Positions 1 to 10,300 of a stretch of DNA of 64,000 nt are shown piece after piece. Source of the DNA: Octopus sinensis (Eukaryota); assembly GCF_006345805.1 (NCBI RefSeq), contig NC_042997.1:76942001-77006000 (forward strand). Direction: 5' to 3'. A program made the translations under genes and the position numbers. The notes under the pieces were generated by a model, which saw only the letters and a program-made list of their open reading frames with translations, did no database searches and had not been told where the DNA came from. The stretch's first letter is position 1; each line of letters opens with the position of its first letter.

Positions 1-429
1 GTCTTTTTCATCATGGACAAGTGAATTTTGGAAGAGGGACCTTGGAAGTCTGGAAGAGCATTGGAGAAAATGCAGGAGAGTATATTTTAGATTAAAAAAG
101 AGCTTTCTTTATCTTAATTTTGAAAAATAAAAGAAGTATAAAAAGCATATTATTTATGAGATGACCCAGTGTAAAGGCTACAAAATAAACTATGTTTTGA
201 GCACAACTCTTTTTCACTTCTAAAATAATGTTGGAAACAAGGTCTGGCTGCACAATTTTGAGGTCATTTTCAGGCAATATTTCAATTTGCTTCTAATGTT
301 TCATTTCCATTCAATATTTCACTCATGCATAGAATTCTACTCAGACAAGCATTTATGAAAATGTACACATAAATAAGCCACAACCAAAAAAATTTCATTA
401 AAAGACATCCTATATATGTCTATATGTTA

Positions 430-1870
430 TGAAGAAATACAGTTACTCACTCTCACTCCCTCACATGTACACATACATACAAAAAAGATGTATGCATATG
501 TATTTATGAAGGATAATGTATGTGTGTTTGTGTGAGAGTTCATGCCATTTTACACCTACATGCAAAAAAGTACATACATGACAACACATGCCTTCACTCA
601 CTCACTCACTCTATCTCTCTTTCTCACACACACACACGTCCATTTCATATATACATACATACATCTTTCACTTTCTCCTCTCGTTCACTTTCTCCTCTCA
701 CTTCAAAGCAAATGTCACCTTTTCACTTCCCTCATCTCTTTCAATTTAAATATTTAAAGAAACAAGGAGAGAAAATAAAGAATTTGTAGTGGCTAGTGAT
801 CTATCATGGTGAAGGCCGGACAGAGTGTGTGTGTGTATAAATAAAAAAATTCATTTTTTTTTGTATATGAAAATTAACATTTTTTATTAAATATATTTGG
901 ATGGAACCTATCTCTAATTTTTATATGTACACTATGTTTTTTTACATGATTTTATTTTGCACAGTAGTCTCTGGAATGTATCAAAATGAGAATTGAGTGT
1001 ACATGCAAAAACTTACAACAACACACACCTTCAATATTTTACTCACTCTCTCTTTCTCACATATGCACACATCGATTTCATATACACATACAGACATCTT
1101 TCACTTTCTACTCTCGCTTAAAGGCAAATGTCACCTTTTCGCTTTCTCTGCTCTCTTCGATATAAACTTAAAAGGAATTTCTTCCAGAAACACTGTCCTT
1201 TACCTGTTGTTTCTAACATGTCCGATTTATTTCCTAAATTTTTGCTGATTCCTATGTTTTCAATTCAGGAGATTAAGATTTCGCTTACAAAACATGTTCT
1301 CAATATTTTTATTTTATCCTTCCCCACACCAATTTCTTCATTTTTTTTACTTTCTTGCGAAATTTTTTTCTTGGTAATCCACGGAGAGAAAAAAACAGAG
1401 AGTACGAATCTTTAAGAATTTTCTTCTTCCTTTTTTCTTAAAGAAACACTAAAATCTCCTTCCCAAACATTCACCCATCACCTCACCACTTTCAAAAAGC
1501 TACACTTTTAGCTTTTTGGAAAGTGGGGAAGTTTCTTCAGAAATAATGTCGTTTACGTGTTGTTTCTAGCATGTTGGGTTTTGTGGTGTTGGCCTGATAT
1601 TTTTTATGTCTGCTAATTCAGTACAATTCTATGCATGCATAAAATATTAGGCAACAATGAAACATTGGCTGTTTTTAGCTTTTTGAAAGTGGGTTGGTGG
1701 TGGGTGGGTGAGGTTGGGATAGGGGCATTGAGTGTTTCTTTATGAAAAATTAAACTTTAAAAGAAAATATATTTCCCAGATTCATAAACTCTGTATTTTT
1801 CTACATGGGTAAAAAAAAAAAAAATTCAAAAGAGTTACAAATTAAGAAATTGCAGTGGGGACGGGGGGAA
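430..1870. repeat. Decayed interspersed repeat with internal diverged direct duplication (~590-770 vs ~1035-1170)
   Basis: Two diverged copies of a CA/CT-rich unit ending ...AAAGCAAATGTCACCTTT; 1440-1620 is similar to the reverse complement of 9040-9285. Class not determined. Confidence 0.45.
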
Positions 1871-2151
1871 TTGACATTTCGAAAATGTGATTCCTGGGTA
1901 AAATCATATTAACCTCCTTTTATACGATGAAGCAATACATAGATTATGATCTTTCTTTTGTGCAAACCCATACAAATTGTACCCTTCCCCACTTCACCTT
2001 TATACAAACAATAACTTCCATTACACCAGTAATCCAGTTCACTATATATCAGGTGTATCAATACTGTCCATCCATAAGAAAGGAACAAATAATACAATGT
2101 GGCTTGCCTGTAGGTCATAACACCTGGGCAATGCTGGGCTGCATTGCTAGT

Positions 2152-3310
2152 ATCATCATCATCATCGTTTAACGTCCGTTCTCCATGCTAGCATGGGTTG
2201 GACGGTTCGACCGGGGATCTGGGAAGCCAGAAGGCTGCACCAGGCTCCGGTCTTATCTGGCAATGTTTCTACAGCTGGATGCCCTTCCTAACGCCAACCA
2301 CTCCATAAGTGTAGTGGGTGCTTTTTACGTGCCACCTGCACTGGTGCCAGGCGAGGCTGTGATCGGCCACGGTCGGATTGGTGCATTTTACGTGCCACCT
2401 GCACGGAAGCCAGTCGAGACAGCACTGGCTTTGGCCACAATTCGGATGGTGCTTTTTACGTGCCATCGACACGGAAGCCAGTCGAGGCGGCGCTGGCAAC
2501 GGCCACGATTCGGATAGTGCTTTTTACGTATCTCCAGTCCAGGGGTCCTGGCATCTGCCGGGTGCCAGTCATAGGATTGGTTCAATTTCGATTCCGATTT
2601 CGATCTCGATTTCACTTGCCCCAACAGGTCTTCGCAAGCAAAGGGGGGTTGGCATAGGTGCCTGTCGTCGGATGAGGTTCGATATCGACTTCGCTTGCCT
2701 CAACAGGTCTTTGTGTGTCCAAGGGAGGAAAGGCATGCATAAGTGGGCTGGACTCACTTGTCCTGCCTGGTCTTTTCACGCACAGCATATTTCCAAAGGT
2801 CTCGGTCGCTTGTCATTTCCTCAGTGAGACCTAAAGTTCGAAGGTCGTGCTTCACCACTTCGTCCCAAGTTTTCCTGGGTCTACCTCTTCCACGGGTTCC
2901 CTCCACTGCTAGGGATTGGCACTTTTTCACACACCTATCTTCATCCATTCTTGCCACATGCCCATACCAGCGCAATCGTCTCTCTTGCACACCACAACTG
3001 ATGCTCCTTAGGTACAACATTTCTCTCAGGGTACTAACGCTCTGTCGAGCATGCACACTGACATTACACATCCATCGGAGCATACTGGCTTCATTTCTTG
3101 CGAGCTTACGCATGTCCTCAGCAGTCACGGCCCATGTTTTGCTGCCATGTAGCATGGCTGTTCGTACACATGCATCATACAGTCTGCCTTTTACTCTGAG
3201 CGAGAGGCCTTTAGTCACCAGCAGAGGTAAGAGCTCCCTAAACTTTGCCCAGGCTATTCTTACTCTAGCCGTTACACTTTCAGCACACCCACCCCCACTA
3301 CTTACTTGGT
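2152..3310 (-). mobile_element. RTE-clade LINE, 5'-truncated 3' fragment with (GAT)n tail
   Basis: ORF 2754-3326 (RVRIAWAKFRELLPLL...RLRWYGHVARM...GRPRKTW) matches the C-terminus of the 17867-20041 RT ORF; 3' UTR with tandem TTTTACGTGCCAC units; (ATC)n on + at 2152. Confidence 0.92.
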
Positions 3311-3319
3311 ATATATATA

Positions 3320-4217
3320 CTAGCATTAAAGACCCGTCGTTGCTGGGTCACAGTGCTAGTGCATGTGTATATATGTGTACATATTACATGTACAGCTATA
3401 TATATACATCTACACATAAAATACAAAATACAAAGTTATATCTTGATATTGTTAGTGATAGCAATACTCAAAATATATAACAGACTGGAATTGTTAGCCC
3501 GTCTCTTGTAATTTCGATCAATTGTATCTTGTCCTCCCTCTTGTATAGAAGTGTGGCTACAATCAAGCCTACCTCCACTTGGGGGGGGGCATTTTAAATT
3601 TTTATCCGGGACGTCCTACATCCCAGATATAAAGGTAAAAATAAAATATTTCCACTTTTCGAAGGTGCTTTCCTCCAGGTGTTCAAATCTTTTTTCTCTA
3701 CATTGTATACTTTATAGACAATAGTCTTTTCTTTAATTTAATTTTTTATTATCCATCTGGACTATTCCATTTCTGCACACTAATTTTATTTTTAATTTAT
3801 TCCCATTCATGTGAAACCACTTATTCAAGTTCAAATCATTGATGCAATTTTATACCAATTGCTATTTTTACTTTTGTTATGTTACGATTATATTATACTT
3901 AAGTTTGATTTTAATTATTACTTACTACATATAATTCAATTGTTATTATTATTTTTATTGTTAAAGTGAAAGCATCTGACATAAAATAGAGAAATGTTTT
4001 TGTTTCACTTTTAACACGTAATACTGAAATAGTGGAGAAGATATGATATTGCTATGGGCTCACTCTAGGCAAGAAGTTGAACATTTTTTTTGCCCATGAA
4101 ACTACATGGACCCTAAGTAAGGCATGTGTAAAATTTGAATGAAATTGGTTGTGTAGTTCTCAAGTTTTAGGGAAACACACAGACAAACACACATTCTCAG
4201 TTCTATATATATATAGA
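3320..4217 (-). mobile_element. Non-autonomous Helitron
   Basis: On the minus strand it starts TC(TATATATAT) and ends with hairpin GACCCAGCAACGACGGGTC followed by ...GCTAG, between A and T. It truncates the RTE copy at a TA tract. Confidence 0.7.
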
Positions 4218-4606
4218 TTTCAAGATGTACATATGCATGCTTTTTTGATTAGCAAATAAAGGAGAATCAAGGGCGATATTTTAATTAGATATATAGTGAA
4301 GGAGTAATGATAATAATACGAATAAAAGGAATTGAATACTAATATGGTTACACTTGTAAGCTCCAGTTTAGAATTTGGTTTGGTGACTGAAATAAATAAA
4401 TTAGAAAACGAAATCAATATAATGATCACAAAGAAGAAAGCTAAAGGTACAAACTTTAAATATCAAAATATTTAATTATTATCCACTGATGGGTTCCAAA
4501 TGACTTAATATAATAATGTGTATTACATTTGTTGAAATACATGTTCTTCAATTGTATACCTAAAATACAGTCTTTTGCGACAGAAAGAGCTGTGTAGTTA
4601 AATTAA

Positions 4607-5686
4607 CCCTTTCGTTACCAAACCGGCCGAAAAAAATTTTGGTTAATGTGACCAAACTGCCCAAAGCCGTCCGTATTTACCTATTCATATTTAAATGAGA
4701 ATATCGGAGCAAATCGCTTTAGTACATTCGTGAAAACACGTGATTATACTTCGTAAACAGTTCATCTACAGTTTTGTACAACGATCGACGTGTAATTTTA
4801 ATTCCCTGAATTTTGGGAGATTTTTTTCTTCAACTTTGAAAATGGATAGGAGTTTCATGTTATCAAGCATTGATTCCGAATTGGAAAATTTGTGAAGCAA
4901 ATACTGGGTACTGTTGTGGATTTAGTTTTTATACAGGGAAACTAATGTTAGTCAGCATGGCTTAGGGTATGATGTGGTCTGGAAGTTATTGTTTGAAGCG
5001 ATCAATGCGGAAACAAACTTACGCAGAATGTAAACAAACACAAAATGGGGGTTCAAATTTCAGAAAATTTGTGAAGCAAATACTGGGTACTGCATGGATT
5101 TAGTTTTTATACAGGGAAAATAATGTTAGTCAGCATGGCCTAGGGAACGATGTGGTCTGGAATTTATCACTTCCATACCATAACCAGGGCCGTATATTAT
5201 TTTTTGACCGATTTCTTTAGTTCGTTCAAACTTGCGGTGGATTCCAGTATTTCACTTTGTTCCACCTTTATGGTACACCTGTTGTGCATTAAATTCAACT
5301 GATGGTATAGTGATGTGCACAATTCTTCTTTATCAAAATTTTGTTGCATACCCATTTGAATATTAGCTGATGATTCATTTTCTATGGTGATGTTTAAACA
5401 AAATTTTAATATTTTTACATTTTGCTCAATTTAAAATTTTAATATTTTTACCTTTTGCTCAATTTACCTGGATTTACCTGTAATTAAAGTCGCTTTGAGA
5501 CAAAAGTTATGCAATAGAATTGATTAAGAACCCTTTCTTTAATTATGTTCCAAATATCACATTAAATGTTGATAAGTAAAATAGTTACAGTTATTTAATG
5601 AAACAAGCCTAGATTCATGATTATTTTAGAATTTAATTGAAACTCATGAGGGATGTATTTTGGTCAGAAATATAGTAACGAAAGGG
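4607..5686. mobile_element. piggyBac-like non-autonomous TIR element
   Basis: Perfect 12-bp TIR CCCTTTCGTTAC / GTAACGAAAGGG, TTAA on the left and TTAC on the right; internal ~105-bp tandem duplication (~4885 and ~5062); no ORF. Confidence 0.75.
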
Positions 5687-5994
5687 TTACACAAATAATC
5701 CATATTACCATCAAAACCTGTTCCATCTATTTGGTGACATTTATTAGACTCCGTGTAATAAATTGGTTCTTCCAATGACTTTTATTTATATATATTTGTA
5801 TGGAAAGTAAAGGAATCCCTTAAATAAAGTATGATTTTTAAAAAAACCTTGGAAACCTAGGGAATAATGCCCTAAATAGAAGTATTTTCATCCAGAAAAT
5901 ATGTGTGTGTGTGTGTGTCTGTATACACACACATGCACACATATTTTCTGGATGAAAATACTTCTTCTATTTAGGGCATTACATACATATATAC

Positions 5995-6470
5995 ATCATC
6001 ATCATCATCATCGTTTAATGTCCGTTCTCCATGCTAGCATGGGTTGGACGGTTCGACCGGGGATCTGGGAAGCCAGAAGGCTGCACCAGGCTCCAGTCTG
6101 ACCTGGCAGTGTTTCTACAGCTGGATGCCCTTCCTAACGCCAAGCACTCCGTGAGTGTAGTGGGTGCTTTTTATGTGCCAGGCAAGGCTGGCAACACCCA
6201 TGATCGGATTGGTGCTTTTTACATGCCACCGGCATGGAAGCCAGTCAAGCTGGTATCGGCCACGTTTGGATGGTGCTTTTTATGTGCCACCGGTACGGAA
6301 GCCAGTCTAGACGGTGCTGGCATCGGCCACATTCGGATGGTGCTTTTTACGTACCAACGGCACATGAATCACAACTGCAGTTTCCATTGATTTTTGATGT
6401 TGGTGTACTTGACTCAATGGATCTCCTCAAGCACAGGGTCGAAACGGTGTTTCTTTACTTGCCACCTGCA
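5995..6470 (-). mobile_element. RTE LINE 3' UTR fragment
   Basis: (CAT)n then GTTTAATGTCCGTTCTCCATGCTAGCATGGGTTGGACGG, nearly identical to 2160-2300. Confidence 0.85.
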
Positions 6471-6690
6471 TGGTATTGGGGTATGACTACCTTCTGCGTA
6501 TATTTCCTATTTAGTACTAGGGATGTTTCATTTATGAGGACATAATCCTGTATTTGTCTGAGTGTTGAGTCCTTCTGGTGCTTGAATAAAATGCGAATTT
6601 CAAGTCGACCCAGTGTGCCTCCATGTTGGTAGAGTATGAAGGACTTTTTTGTCGTCATATTGTCTCAAATGTTCATTAGGCTTCTTTAAC
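6470..6690 (-). mobile_element. Penelope-like element, GIY-YIG C-terminal fragment
   Basis: ORF 6455-6658 (ILYQHGGTLGRLEIRILFKHQKDSTLRQIQDYVLINET) is homologous to the endonuclease end at ~55805-55990. Confidence 0.75.
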
Positions 6691-6721
6691 TTTCTGCCTT
6701 CCAAATCCACTCAAAGATCTG

Positions 6722-6815
6722 AGGCTATAGTAGAAGACACTCTCCAAAGGTGCCACACGGACTGAACCCAGAACAGTGTGGTTGGTAAGCAAGCTTCTTG
6801 TCACACAGCCATGCC
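6722..6815 (-). mobile_element. tRNA-derived CORE-like SINE, 5' fragment
   Basis: Reverse-complement similarity to 30434-30530 (GGTTCAGTCC...GGCACCTTTGGAGAGTGTCTTCTACTATAG). Confidence 0.6.
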
Positions 6816-7664
6816 TGCACATTTTGAGATGCTAACAAGTTACTTCTTGCAGTTAAAGTTTCTTTAATAGTCTTATTTAATTCATTGTACAAAAATAAAA
6901 TTTTGGAACATATCTTGTCAAAATGTTCTCCTTTTCTTTTTATTTTTTCATATAATTTGAAACTCTTAGCAATCTTACTCAAAATGTATTTACAAAGGTT
7001 AAATATTCAGTATAGATATTTATAGGAAAATTATTTGACTCTTGGCATCAGAATTTCTAAAATTTAAAATACAAAAAATTACATTCCACCAGGATGAATG
7101 GTGGGGAGGAGGAGAAAGTGATTTGATGTTAGCAAAAGAAGTAAAACTCAAGTGGTTAAACTAAAAAACTAAATTAGCTTCCTTTAATAGTTCAAAAGTT
7201 ATATCCTTCAGTAATAAGACAACTTCTTTCACTGGATACACTGTTGTTAGAAAGCTGTCTTATTACTATCGAACACATTTAGGATTTAAAATTTTATAGT
7301 AAACTAAGTACTAATGTAAAAGCTGCCAACGGCTAATATATTTTGATTAATTAAAATTGCACTTGTAGTGACGAGGGAAAAAACTTCCATCTAAATTAAT
7401 TGTAGCAAAGCAAAAGAGACAACCTCAGAATTTGAATTAAATAAAATTAATTACATATTCATACCACCATACTGCATTTAATTACTTATATTAAATTTAT
7501 ATTCACGGGTTGTTTCTATTGCTTTGTATAATGATGTTTTTCTCAATACTAAAAGTGTAAATTTAATACTGATTTCTGAGCTCATTACATCAAGTATCTT
7601 AGTGTCCACTTTAATATTAATTGGTTATGCAACAGGTGTTCTTGGATGTTTTCTAACAGTTATT

Positions 7665-7800
7665 TTGCTTCCAAACCATGTTGTATTGGGTTCAGTTCCA
7701 CCACATGGCATCTTGGGCAAGTGTCTTCACCAATAGACCCAGCCTAATCAAAGCTTTGTGAGTGGATTTAGTAGATGGAAACTGAAAGAAATCCATTACA
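7665..7800 (+). mobile_element. tRNA-derived CORE-like SINE fragment
   Basis: GGTTCAGTTCC...GGCATCTTGGGCAAGTGTCTTC...GTGAGTGGATTT...GGAAACTGAAAGAA; same family as 30434. Confidence 0.7.
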
Positions 7801-7879
7801 CACACACATGAATGACAATGGACAGAAATATCTGGTGATATGAAGTTCTTGAGAAGACCCACCCACCTCAGTGAAACTG

Positions 7880-8595
7880 ACTTTTGGAAGTACTGTATAT
7901 TCCACTCACAAAACATTAATTCACCCATCTCACACTCCAATGAACCAAACTACATCTCTTTGTGCATTATGCTTGTCTCTCCCCCTTCTCCTGCAGCACA
8001 ACGCCACTTTGTCATCACTCTATCTTTGCTATCCTGCCACTGTCTTATATACCTGTGTTCACCACTCATTCCTCTTCACTCCTTCTCCCCCTTTACCCTC
8101 TACTGAACTCCCTGCTCAATCACCCTGTCCAAGCTTGTATGTCACTCCACTTACATTCACCTCCTTGTGCCGTAAGTGTACACCCTGGTGCATCACCACT
8201 GCCTTCTCTTTGTCTCTGTTTATCTGTCTCTCTCTCTTTCTCTCTCTCCCCACCCCCAACTGGAGTAACCATGTATCTCCTCTACAGCAAGACACCTGTT
8301 TCTGTCTTTCTGTCATAGTCTAACCTCTCATCACCTCCCCTACCTTAATGCCACTCCCCTTCACAGTTGAGGGATCTTCGTCTTGTAAGTTACTTGGTGA
8401 CTTTATCAGTGCTGGTGCCATTGAAAAAGCACCCTGTACAATTTGTAAAGTGGTTGGTATTAGGAAGGGCATCCAGCCATAGAAGCCATGCCAAAGATGA
8501 CAGTCTGGCACTTTTCTCTGGTTTGCCAGCTCATGTCAAACCAGCAAACGTATAACAGCATGGAAGACAGACATTAAATGATGATGATGATGATG
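7880..8595 (+). mobile_element. Non-coding repeat ending in an RTE-type 3' end and (GAT)n tail (SINE-like or non-autonomous RTE partner)
   Basis: Ends ...GTGGTTGGTATTAGGAAGGGCATCCAGC...GCATGGAAGACAGACATTAAATGATGATGATG like the RTE tails; part of its pyrimidine-rich body recurs inverted at ~11287-11425. Confidence 0.55.
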
Positions 8596-8805
8596 GATAC
8601 ATATGTGTGTCTTTGTGTTTGTACCCTGTTTGTCCCCGATCACTGTTTGGCAACTGGTATCAGTTTGTTTACATCCCCTATATTATAGCAAAGACACTGA
8701 TAAAATAAGAATTAGGCTTAAAAATATGCACTGGCATTAATTTGTTCAATTAAACCCTTCAAGACATTGTCCTAGCATGGCCTCAGTCTAATGACTGAAA
8801 CAAAT
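8595..8805 (+). mobile_element. SINE 3' half (same family as 30600-30826)
   Basis: GTTTACATCCC...ATAAGAATTAGGCTT...CTAGCATGGCC...GACTGAAACAAATAAGAG matches the SINE tail. Confidence 0.55.
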
Positions 8806-9761
8806 AAGAGATAAAAGATGAGAAAAAAAGTTCATTTTCAGAGGTGTAGTAATATAATCTACAAAACAAAAGAAAAACTTGGGTTGAAATATTGTAAAGA
8901 AACAGCAACTATGTTTCCAAAAACTGTCATATGTTGATGTGGTGTGATATTTTAAGATAAAGAATGTGAGCCATTCATTACAAACCAGTAGTAGAAGCTG
9001 GCAAAGGTAAAGAACGTGTACACCACCCAATTTTGACTTTTTTTTTTACTGAATCAGCAGACGTCAAAACCCAGACCACCACCAAAAAACCTGACATGCC
9101 AGAAACAACAGCTAAATGACATTATTTCTGGAAAAACTACCCGCTTTCTAAAAAGCTAAAAGTGAAACATTCAGAATTTTTAGCTTTTTGAACATGGGGA
9201 GGTGATAGGTGGTGGAGATTGAGGAAGGGGATTTGAGTGTTTCTCTAAGAAAAATTTTTTAAAAAGTCTTAATCTCCAAAAAGATACAAATGATATGCGG
9301 CCCATATGACATCAGGACAGTATTCAAGAGTAATACAACACTTCGCAAATATCTCCTTCAAGTAAAATCAGCAATAGAAGAGAATATGACCAAGAACTGC
9401 GTGTACTCCATCCCATGCAGTTGTGGTAGGTTACACAAAGGCGAAACATGCCATCCCCTCAAAATAAGGGTAGAGGAACATCGCAAAGCTGTGACACAGG
9501 GAGATATTGATAAATCAGGTATAGGTGATCATGTATGGAAAAATGGAGACCACCTCCCCCTGTGGGGGTGAAGATAAAATAATAGACAGAGAACACCACT
9601 GAAAAGTACAAAAACTAAAAGAAGCAGCACATATGCTAGGACACAACAACCTCCTAAGCAGATTGACTGCAGATATGAACAGCATATGGGGACTGGTATA
9701 AAGGAAGGATAGGGGAATATTAGATTTATAAGCCCTAAAATTCACTCCATAATTGCCCACA

Positions 9762-9833
9762 GGCATATGACGTAGTGGTTAAGAGCGCAGGCTACAAACC
9801 CCAAAATTCCGAGTTCGATTCCCGGTTGTGACC
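9762..9833 (+). ncRNA. tRNA-like / Pol III promoter segment (not a functional tRNA)
   Basis: A-box-like TGACGTAGTGGTTAAG and B-box GAGTTCGATTCC at tRNA spacing; degenerate acceptor stem GGCATAT/TGTGACC; anticodon arm not intact. Confidence 0.7.
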
Positions 9834-9907
9834 TGAATAATAATAATAACAACAACAACATCGAAGAATACCTTAGGAATGCGAACCCAGGTTCGAAATT
9901 TCCCCAA

Positions 9908-9950
9908 GACACTTGATGAAGGCTGAAGAGTATATCAGCTGAAACGTGTT
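9908..9950 (+). ncRNA. Decayed minimal type I hammerhead ribozyme
   Basis: GACAC-UUGAUGA-A-GGCUGA/UCAGCU (6-bp stem II)-GAAA-CGU-GUU. C3 is U, and N17 or the stem I 3' strand appears deleted. Confidence 0.55.
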
Positions 9951-10300
9951 AGCAACAAACAAGATGAGGACAAATATCCATCAAATGTAAATAATGTATG
10001 AAAAATGTTTTTATATTATTATTTCATATACGTAAATTGTAAAACTAATTAAGATTTTAAGCTATCACATCTTTAGAGAGTGTTATATCTTTAAAAAATG
10101 ATATATCTTTTACAGTTTTTATGTTTTACTGTGTTTCAGTCAATTCAATTTCCAAACATCATTAGCTGTTTTCATTCCACATGACTCGAGCCTAGATTCA
10201 GACTAGAAGCCTTTTGTTTTTAAATTAATACCTATTACTGAAATATCTTCATCATCATAATGTTCACTTTTCCATACTTTCACTGGTTGGATGGAATTTT

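Larger units (their letters stand above)
9290..10000 (+). mobile_element. Penelope-like element 3' fragment (GIY-YIG endonuclease plus 3' terminal region), Penelope/Poseidon-like
   Basis: ORF 9290-9571 KNCVYSIPCSCGRLHKGETCHPLKIRVEEHRKA...SGIGDHVW is a decayed GIY-YIG; it continues with frameshifts (IIDREHH..KLKEAAHM), then a tRNA-like segment and an HHR-like motif. Confidence 0.85.

Noticed and set aside
1-130. Possible host exon end (two frames open for ~85-125 nt)
   Set aside because: No recognisable protein, weak donor, and the acceptor would lie outside the window.
9762-9833. Functional tRNA gene
   Set aside because: Acceptor and anticodon stems are broken; retained only as a tRNA-derived segment.
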